Notes under the pieces: generated by a model
What the model saw: the letters and a program-made list of their open reading frames with translations, nothing else
The model's database searches: none
Told to the model about the DNA's origin: nothing
From: Eledone cirrhosa
Lineage: Eukaryota
Assembly: GCA_964016885.1 (NCBI GenBank)
Contig: OZ024751.1
Coordinates: forward strand, 16,616,001 to 16,680,000
Direction of reading: 5' to 3'
Length of the DNA: 64,000 nt
Translations under genes and position numbers: made by a program
Shown: one piece after another, positions 54,651 to 64,000 of the stretch
Numbering within the stretch: the first letter of the stretch is position 1
Layout of the letters: the number at the start of each line of letters is the position of its first letter

Positions 54651-57600
54651 GAAGGCCTGTGGCCTAGTGGAAATGGTGTTGGACTATCAATCATAACGTC
54701 GTAGGTTCCATAGTGTGTATATGTTGTGGTATGTGGTGTTTGTTTGATGTGTTTGACATTGTGTATGTCTGTATTTGTGGTGTGTGTTTGATGTGTTTGA
54801 CAGTGTGTATGTTTGTGTTTGTGGTGTGTGTTTTATGTGTTTGACATTGTGTATGTTTGTGTTTGTGGTGTGTGATTGATGTGTTTGACAGTGTGTATGT
54901 TTGTATGTGTGGTGTGTGTTTGATGTGTGTGAAAGTTTGGGGATGTGTTGTGTGGGAGTTTGTTTTGGGTGTGTGTAGTGTATGTGGCGTGTGTAGTGTA
55001 CGGTGTGTGTATGTGTGTGTATGTGGCGTGTGTACTGTACGGTGTGTGTGTGTATGTGGCGTGTGTAGTGTACGGTGTGTGTATGTGTGTGTATGTGTGT
55101 GTATGTGGCGTGTGTACTGTACAGTGTGTGTGTGTATGTGGCGTGTGTAGTGTATGGTGTGTGTATGTGGCGTGTGTAGTGTACGGTGTGTTAGTGTGTA
55201 TGTGGCGTGTGTAGTGTACGGTATGTGTGTATATGTGGCGTGTGTAGTGTACGGTGTATGTGTGTATGTGGTGTGTGTAGTGTACGGTGTGTGTGTGTAT
55301 GTTGCGTGTGTAGTGTACGGTATGTGAAGTGTGTAGTGTATGGTGTGTGCGTTTATGTGGCGTGTGTAGTGTACGGTGTGTGTGTGTATGTGGCGTGTGT
55401 AGTGTACGGTGTGTGTGTGTATGAGCGTGTGTAATATACGGTGTGTGTTGTGTGTGTATATGGCGTGTGTAGTGTACGGTGTGTGTGTATGTGGCGTGTG
55501 TAGTGTATGGTGTGTGCGTTTATGTGGCGTGTGTAGTGTACGGTATGTGTGTGTATGTGATGTGTGTAGTGTACGGTATGTGTGTGTATGTCGTGTGTGT
55601 AGTGTACGGTGTGTGTGTGTGTATGTGGCCTGTGTAGTGTACGGTGTGTGTGTATGTGGCGTGTGTAGTGTACGGTGTGTGTGTGTGTATGTGGCGTGTG
55701 TAGTGTACGGTATGTGTGTGTATGTGATGTGTGTAGTGTACGGTGTGTGTGTGTATGTGGCGTGTGTAGTGAACGCTGTGTGTGTGTATGTGGCGTGTGT
55801 AGTGTACGGTGTGTGTGTGTATGTGGCGTGTGTAGTGTACTGTGTGTGTGTTAGTGTGGCGTGTATAGTGTACGGTATGTGTGTGTATGTGGTGTGTGTA
55901 GTGTACGGTGTGTGTGTGTGTATGTGGCGTGTGTAATGTACGGTGTGTGTAGTGTGTATGTGGCCTGTGTAGTGTACGGTGTGTGTATGTGGCGTGTGTA
56001 GTGTACGGTGTGTGTGTATGTGGTGTGTGTAGTGTACGGTGTGTGTGTGTATGTGGCGTGTGTAGTTTACGATGTGTGTGTGTGTGTATGTGGTGCGTGT
56101 AGTGTACGGTGTGTGTGTGTGTATGTGGCGTGTGTAGTGTACGGTGTGTGTGTTTATGTGGCGTGTGTAGTGTACGGTGTGTGCGTGTATGTGGCGTGTG
56201 TAGTGTACGGTGTGTGCGTATGTGGCGTGTGTAGTGTACGGTGTGTGTCTGTATGTGGCGTGTGTAGTGTACGGTGTGTGTGTATGTATGTGGCGTGTGT
56301 AGTGTACGGTGTGTGTCTGTATGTGGCGTGTGTAGTGTACGGTGTGTGTGTATGTATCTGGCGTGTGTAGTGTACGGTGTGTGTGTATGTGGTGTGTGTA
56401 GTGTACGGTACGTGTGTGTGTATGTGGCGTGTGTAGTGTACGGTGTGTGTGTGTATGTGGCGTGTGTAGTGTACGGTGTGTTTGTGTGTATGTGGCGTGT
56501 GTAGTGTACGGTGTGTGTGTATGTGGTGTGTGTAGTGTACGGTGTGTGTATGTGTATGTGGTGCTTGTAGTGTACGGTGTGTGTATGTGTATGTGGCATG
56601 TGTAGTGGACGGTGTGTGTGTGTATGTGGCGTGTGTAGTGTACGGTGTGTGTGTATGTGGTGTGTGTAGTGTACGGTGTGTGTGTATGTGGCGTGTGTAG
56701 TGTACGGTGTGTGTATGTGTGTATGTGGTGCGTGTAGTGTACGGTGTGTGTGTGTGTATGTGGCGTGTGTAGTGTACGGTGTGTGTCTGTATGTGGCGTG
56801 TGTAGTGTACGGTGTGTGTGTATGTATGTGGCGTGTGTAGTGTACGGTGTGTGTCTGTATGTGGCGTGTGTAGTGTACGGTGTGTGTGTATGTATGTGGC
56901 GTGTGTAGTGTACGGTGTGTGTGTATGTGGTGTGTGTAGTGTACGGTATGTGTGTGTGTATGTGGCGTGTGTAGTGTACGGTGTGGGTGTGTATGTGGCG
57001 TGTGTAGTGTACGGTGTGTTTGTGTGTATGTGGCGTGTGTAGTGTACGGTATGTGTGTGTATGTGATGTGTGTAGTGTACGGTGTGTGTGTGTATGTGGC
57101 GTGTGTAGTGAACGCTGTGTGTGTGTATGTGGCGTGTGTAGTGTACGGTGTGTGTGTGTATGTGGCGTGTGTAGTGTACTGTGTGTGTGTTAGTGTGGCG
57201 TGTATAGTGTACGGTATGTGTGTGTATGTGGTGTGTGTAGTGTACGGTGTGTGTGTGTGTATGTGGCGTGTGTAATGTACGGTGTGTGTAGTGTGTATGT
57301 GGCCTGTGTAGTGTACGGTGTGTGTATGTGGCGTGTGTAGTGTACGGTGTGTGTGTATGTGGTGTGTGTAGTGTACGGTGTGTGTGTGTATGTGGCGTGT
57401 GTAGTTTACGATGTGTGTGTGTGTGTATGTGGTGCGTGTAGTGTACGGTGTGTGTGTGTGTATGTGGCGTGTGTAGTGTACGGTGTGTGTGTTTATGTGG
57501 CGTGTGTAGTGTACGGTGTGTGCGTGTATGTGGCGTGTGTAGTGTACGGTGTGTGTGTATGTGGCGTGTGTAGTGTACGGTGTGTGTCTGTATGTGGCGT

Positions 57601-59640
57601 GTGTAGTGTACGGTGTGTGTGTATGTATGTGGCGTGTGTAGTGTACGGTGTGTGTCTGTATGTGGCGTGTGTAGTGTACGGTGTGTGTGTATGTATCTGG
57701 CGTGTGTAGTGTACGGTGTGTGTGTATGTGGTGTGTGTAGTGTACGGTATGTGTGTGTGTATGTGGCGTGTGTAGTGTTCGGTGTGTGTGTGTATGTGGC
57801 GTGTGTAGTGTACGGTGTGTTTGTGTGTATGTGGCGTGTGTAGTGTACGGTGTGTGTGTATGTGGTGTGTGTAGTGTACGGTGTGTGTGTGTGTGTATGT
57901 GGTGCTTGTAGTGTACGGTGTGTGTGTGTGTATGTGGCATGTGTAGTGGACGGTGTGTGTGTGTATGTGGCGTGTGTAGTGTACGGTGTGTGTGTATGTG
58001 GTGTGTGTAGTGTACGGTGTGTGTGTGTGTGTATGTGGCGTGTGTAGTGTACGGTGTGTGTATGTGTGTATGTGGTGCGTGTAGTGTACGGTGTGTGTGT
58101 GTGTATGTGGCGTGTGTAGTGTACGGTGTGTGTGTTTATGTGGCGTGTGTAGTGTACGGTGTGTGCGTGTATGTGGCGTGTGTAGTGTACGGTGTGTGTG
58201 TATGTGGCGTGTGTAGTGTACGGTGTGTGTCTGTATGTGGCGTGTGTAGTGTACGGTGTGTGTGTATGTATGTGGCGTGTGTAGTGTACGGTGTGTGTCT
58301 GTATGTGGCGTGTGTAGTGTACGGTGTGTGTGTATGTATGTGGCGTGTGTAGTGTACGGTGTGTGTGTATGTGGTGTGTGTAGTGTACGGTATGTGTGTG
58401 TGTATGTGGCGTGTGTAGTGCACGGTGTGGGTGTGTATGTGGCGTGTGTAGTGTACGGTGTGTTTGTGTGTATGTGGCGTGTGTAGTGTACGGTGTGTGT
58501 GTATGTGGTGTGTGTAGTGTACGGTGTGTGTGTGTGTGAATGTGGCGTGTGTAGTGTACGGTGTGTGTATGTGCGTATGTGGTGCGTGTAGTGTACGGTG
58601 TGTGTCTGTATGTGGCGTGTGTAGTGTACGGTGTGTTTGTATGTATGTGGCGTGTGTAGTGTACGGTGTGTGTCTGTATGTGGCGTGTGTAGTGTACGGT
58701 GTGTGTGTATGTGGTGTGTGTAGTGTACGGTGTGTGTGTGTATGTGGTGCGTGTACTGTACGGTGTGTGTGTGTGTATGTGGCGTGTGTAGTGGACGGTG
58801 TGTGTGTGTGTGTATGTGGCGTGTGTAGTGTACGGTGTGTGTATGTGTGTATGTGGTGCGTGTAGTGTACGGTGTGTGTGTGTGTATTTGGCGTGTGTAG
58901 TGTACGGTGTGTGCGTGTATGTGGCGTGTGTAGTGTACGGTGTGTGTGTATGTGGCGTGTGTAGTGTACGGTGTGTGTATGTGCGTATGTGGTGCGTGTA
59001 GTGTACGGTGTGTGTGTGTATGTGGCGTGTGTAGTGTACGGTGTGTTTGTATGTATGTGGCGTGTGTAGTGTACGGTGTGTGTCTGTATGTGGCGTGTGT
59101 AGTGTACGGTGTGTGTGTATGTGGTGTGTGTAGTGTACGGTGTGTGTGTGTATGTGGTGCGTGTAGTGTACGGTGTGTGTGTATGTGGTGTGTGTAGTGT
59201 ACGGTGTGTGTGTGTGTGTATGTGGCGTGTGTAGTGTACGGTGTGTGTATGTGTGTATGTGGTGCGTGTAGTGTACGGTGTGTGTATTTGGCGTGTGTAG
59301 TGTACGGTGTGTGCGTGTATGTGGCGTGTGTGGTGTACGGTGTGTGTGTATGTGGCGTGTGTAGTGTACGGTATGTGTGTGTGTATGTGGTGTGTGTAGT
59401 GTACGGTGTGTGTGTGTGTGTATGTGTCGTGTGTAGTGTGTAGTGGGTTCTTGGACAAAACACTTCATTTTACGTCGCCCCAGTATACTCAGCTGAAAAT
59501 GAGTACCAGCAATAACTGTGGGATTAATCCGTCGATGGACTGGCGTCTTGTCCAGGGGGCAGACATGTACTCTAAATCGCTTCACGCCACGGAAATTGCG
59601 ATAAGCACCTGTCTGATGAGACTCAAGTGCTCGAGTCAGA
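54651..59640 (+). mobile_element. One CORE-type SINE split by a 4.7 kb satellite (head 54651-54710, body about 59445-59640)
   Basis: GAAGGCCTGTGGCCTAGTGG...GTAGGTTC lies before the array, and GTTCTTGGACAAAACACTTCATTTTACGT...CTCAGCTG..AATGAGTA lies right after it. Confidence 0.7.
54711..59444. repeat. Minisatellite array, unit about 30-36 bp (GTATGTGGCGTGTGTAGTGTACGG(TG)n), with higher-order duplication
   Basis: Read directly. ORFs at 56008 and 57347 translate identically, an offset of 1339 bp. Confidence 0.97.
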
Positions 59641-60304
59641 CATTAGACAAGAGTTGGGAGTCATGTGGATTAGTGGTTAGAGGGTTCTGATCAGTTTGAT
59701 TTGAATACGCAGCGGCCCGTTGTTTCGTTGAGGCTGAGGTTAACTTTGCCTTTCATCCCTATTTAGGAACGATCGGCTTTCGTCAAATCGGACCGAGGAA
59801 ACAATGTTCCCGTTGGTCTTTCCAATTGCTAATCCTATCTATCGGTCGCAACTCCAGGTAGTAGAGGCAACGGGAAATAAAGTGTCTTGCTCAAGGTCAT
59901 AACGCATCGCCTGATCGAGGAATCGAACTCACAACCTCACGATTGCGAATACAATTCTCTAACCACTCAGCCACACGCCTACGGGGGTCGATAAAATAAA
60001 ATACCAGTAATGTATTGTGATAATTGCTGGCCTTGTGCCAAATATAGAAACAATTATTTCAAGTTGCTCCAATTCAACCAATATATATATAAAAAAAAAG
60101 AAGAAAAAAAAGAGCTGGACATGTAATTCAAATGGGTCAACTTCGTGACAAGCTAAATTACACTGGGAACTACATTAGAGGTACACGTGTCTGTCGGATG
60201 CCCAGCTATTTTGCACATTAATTTCACAATTTATTGTTTTCATGGAGGTCCAACAGGTATATTGCGAAATTGAAACTTTGCCTTTGTTTAATACTGGTAT
60301 AATA

Positions 60305-60382
60305 CACAGTGTCCACAAAGTCACTAGACAATTTTATATATAAACTTGTATGAAATTGTTTTCTGACTTTGTGGACACCCTC
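60305..60382. mobile_element. Tiny Tc1/mariner-type MITE (hairpin)
   Basis: GTGTCCACAAAGTCA / TGACTTTGTGGACAC inverted ends, with TA on both sides. Confidence 0.65.
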
Positions 60383-60505
60383 TACATGTAACACTAGATT
60401 CGTAGACTTAACTATGTGTGTGTATGTGATGTGTATTTATCTGGTGTGTGTGTGTCTATGTATGTGTCATGTGGAAGTTTGTTTCCTCTGTGTTCAGACC
60501 TGGTG

Positions 60506-60597
<92 letters not shown>

Positions 60598-61615
60598 GGT
60601 GGGTGTGGGTGGGTGTGTGTGTGTGTGTTTGACTGATTTATTTAACAACAATTTCCTTTTGTTTTGAAATAGATAACAATTTAAAAACACACTTTAAACG
60701 AATTGTATGAAATGAACTTTATAAAGGTGAAACGTCTTATCAAGTAAAGACTTTGTGAGAAGTCAAATGGTCAGCCCTGTCACATGTTGGGGCACGCTGA
60801 TTCTGTTTGAAAATTAGGTTAAAGGGTACACGTGCTAGAGAAATAGAATACTGAACCACTTGAACCTTAGTTTACCAATTAGGCGTTCAGTTAATTGAAC
60901 GAATTAGTTCATTATCAGAACCAGCAGAGGATCGATAATCTATCACATGGAAAGATAGTGGATTAAATCCCGTAGATACTATGTTATTTATAGCTTTTGA
61001 CTTAAGCTTATGATCTTACAAATCTTGATACACTTAGAACCTTAATACACTTAAACTTAAAGCGAGTGGAGTTGGGGTTTACCAGGTTTGTAAAGTTACT
61101 ATAATTCAACGGATTATGAGTTTAATCTAATAATTAAAGAATCGAGATCATTGAATACGAATACGTTATATGAAGTTGTACGATAAACAAGGAAGTTTTC
61201 CAACTCCATTGTGAATATCGTATGTCAACTTAAACACACCGCAAACGATTTTCTTCTCTACTTGTGACAGTATAGCACATTCGATATTAAGTATCATTAA
61301 ATGTATGTGTAATTAAGATATGCTGGAAACAATACGATGATACAACTTCATTAAAATATGTTCTATTTATTATGCGACGTAGAAATAAAATTATATGCCT
61401 TAGGACTGAGAACATTATTTAGTATTAATGATACCCAGCTTTCTTAAGTTGTTCTATGATATGTTAGTTAGGAAACATTAATTATGTTTGTATTTGCTAA
61501 TTGGGGAAGCAATAGTTATCCCGGATTGGCTACAAAAAATAAGATTTCATTATATGTGTGTGTTCGTTTTCCATATAATAATTCCAGTGTTTGGTCTCAA
61601 ATGAAGAATGTTTTA

Positions 61616-62088
61616 TATAGTGAAGCTAATGAAGTGTGTATGTTCTCAGTTTATTTTAATACCAGTGATTATATATTACTGGATTTAGGTATAACAAGTA
61701 TCTATGTTATAGCTACAGAGATTTGCTCAATAAGTTCAATACACGATGATCGTTAGTCTTTGATCTTAAAACCAAATACTATTGTTTATATGTCTCCTTC
61801 TCTCTCCTCATCTCTCATTATTATAAGCAAATAGGGGTCCACGAGCTGGCCACCCCGTGGCCCCAGCATACAGAATAGAGAAGGCGTTTCCCCGGAGGAT
61901 GGTGAGGGAGACGTGTTGGAAGAGTCAATCCAGTTGGCGATGCTTACACCTGCGTGTAGCCAACTCCGTGCCGATGGTTCACTCCTTCTGTGTGAGAAAT
62001 CGGCTGTGTTCAGACATAGAGAGGCAATGGGCCCCCACAGAGAATAAACTGTACAAGATACGTTGTATATCACTACACCCCGCCTCCT
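61616..62088 (-). mobile_element. Probable 3' LTR of a Gypsy-type element with its polypurine tract
   Basis: Minus strand: PPT AGGAGGCGGGG (62088-62078), then TGTAGTG, a GC-rich U3, TATAAA at about 61790, AATAAA at about 61655, ending CACTATA (6/7 inverted match to the start). Confidence 0.6.
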
Positions 62089-62694
62089 ACAACTCCATAA
62101 GGAAGTAGAGGTTTATAGACACAATAAAGGCTCAACTGCATTGAATCTTATAATTGCCAAGTATCACTTTACTAGAAAGTAGAAATCAGCTTTAAAACAC
62201 TAATTTGGATACATGTAAACACGAGGATCGGCTGTAGTGTTCATAGGCTGACCAATATACTCTTATGGAATCACCAAATGAGGTTTATTTATCAATATAT
62301 TAACAAGAAGAGTTGAAATTAATGCATGCAATATTTCACCGCTCTAGCATTAATCCGTTATAGTTAGACTATGAAATTTCTGTCGACCCTCGTATATAGT
62401 GTGTCTCGGCCAGCAACGAATGTATGTAGCCCTACTTTTTCGCCTCTCTTTCCATCAAAGGAAATAAAAATCATAATACAAATTATAACGGGTCATAAGT
62501 TGAAAACACTCAAAAAGGTTTCATCCTGTGGGTCATCTTTTCGAATCACCACCCAATCCTTTGTTTAGAAATTCATATGTTTTTAATTGTTATTAGTCTA
62601 ACCTTTGAACCATGAAAGTAACCTTTAGTTTATTCTACGATAATTGATTTGAAAACATTCATTGGTTTCTTAGAATCATCTTATTTTTCATTTA

Positions 62695-62886
62695 GTTATC
62701 TGCCAACTCTCCCCGTCCGACCGGGAGATTTGCAAAAGATTTTGGGGTGAGTGAGAGATGTCTTCTTTTGTGAAAATGTGTACAGCTTTCATTATATAAA
62801 ATCCCCCCATTTTGCCATATTTCTAAAGTTTTGGGGTATCTTTTCAAGGTACTCTTCGTTTTGGTTTTTAGAGGTTGGCAGGTATG
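62695..62886. mobile_element. Possible degenerate hAT-type MITE
   Basis: GTTATCTGCCAAC versus GTTGGCAGGTATG is a 10/13 inverted match; no TSD seen. Confidence 0.35.
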
Positions 62887-62894
62887 GTATCGCA

Positions 62895-63200
62895 TTTCGT
62901 CTTGTATCATAGGTTCCTGTATATTATAGTAATCTTGTATTCTGCTGTGAATTTACTGCGTTATATTTCTTCTATCATTGGTTTCTGCGTTATATTTCGG
63001 CTTGTATCATAGGTTCCTGCGTTATATTTGATCTTGTATTATAGGTTCCTGCGTTATATTTGATCTTGTATCATAGGTTCCTGCGTTATATTTTGTCTTG
63101 TATCATAAGTTTCTGCGTTATATTTGGTCTTGTATCGTAGCTTCCTGCGTTATATTTCGTCTTGTATCATAGGTTCCTGTATAATATAATACTATTGTAT
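62895..63200. repeat. 30-bp minisatellite
   Basis: TCTTGTATCATAGGTTCCTGCGTTATATTT-like unit repeated. Confidence 0.9.
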
Positions 63201-64000
63201 TCTGCTGTCAATTCACACATATATTTATATGTTCTTCTGTTGCTTAGACAGCCTTTAAACAACTCACATCTTTGTTTTTCACAAAAAATAAAATGTTTAT
63301 CTTTGGAAATTTTACATTAATTTTTTTTACCAATTTTTCCTGGCGCTATTTCATTAAATATTTAAAAGCAAAAATACTTGCCTTCTTGTGAATTATGGTA
63401 TCCATCTTAAGTGTTGCTTCTACCAAAATTGTTATGTCATATCCCTTGTGATTTGCAGCGAATGATTCTGACAACTAATACGATAAGATAATAACTGAAT
63501 AAGATTTGCATCATCAGTTTAGTTTTATAATTTTCCTTTGATTAACGAGGTTCTAAGAATTTGTCTAGATTCTTGTAATCACCGACATAATTACTCCTCT
63601 TTATTGAGATATGTTCCCGTTTATGTTTCTCTTCAAACATTCTTGTGAATCGAGATACCACTCAAATTTGTTACAAGTATATATTTGGGAAATTTATATT
63701 GATTCAAATTGTTTCTGTAATCCATTAGAAATATTCTCACTCTCTACAAAGCTTATCGCTATTTGTCCAATCGACGATTACAGAGAGAACACGTTGAACA
63801 AACAAACTATAAAATTGCAATTTCGAATACTGATAAGAAACACAATTTATGTAGTGATTCGGAAATAGACAGTCATGAATGCATTCAATTATTGTCCTTA
63901 TATCATTTCTTCGTAATAGTTAATGTTATAAAAATATGTGTATCTTAGTGTTTCGTTATGTTGTCTTTCTAACTTCATTTCCATTCTATTCTTTGAATTT

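Noticed and set aside
55520-59585. Very long His/Thr-rich ORFs (806, 1143, 656, 440 aa)
   Set aside because: They overlap in all three minus frames of a satellite whose unit lacks stop codons on that strand.
59610-59650. CTGATGA-GACTC...GAGTC hammerhead-like start
   Set aside because: Followed by AGAC instead of GAAA, with no stem III; it lies in a SINE tail.
61835-62108. Candidate host exon (pyrimidine tract plus AG, PAYRIE peptide, GTGAGG donor at 61902)
   Set aside because: No recognisable domain, and an LTR architecture on the opposite strand explains the segment better.

Overview
AT-rich eukaryotic DNA saturated with (TA)n/(CA)n/(TAA)n/(CAT)n microsatellites and decayed transposons. 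The SINE and LINE repertoire suggests a cephalopod (octopus-like) intergenic or intronic region; this is inference. I found no host protein-coding gene, and most ORFs in the track are microsatellite read-throughs. Recognisable elements: a near-full-length broken RTE LINE; several R4/Dong-type RLE LINE pieces in microsatellites; two tRNA-derived SINE families; hAT and Tc1-type MITEs; a 2.2 kb Buster/Charlie-type hAT shell with an 8-bp TSD carrying an unrelated-looking transposase; a probable LTR with polypurine tract; and a 4.7 kb satellite lying inside one SINE. The main hidden signal is about 18 type I hammerhead ribozyme motifs from many families (CUGANGA-stem II-GAAA-short, often palindromic stem III-UH, closed by stem I). 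They sit in short inserts within (TA)n tracts, and one lies downstream of a Penelope-type GIY-YIG remnant. Many inserts are asymmetric fold-backs that invert inside the ribozyme, and one is a retrozyme-like tandem repeat with a 511-nt period. All structures were folded by eye, and element boundaries are approximate.
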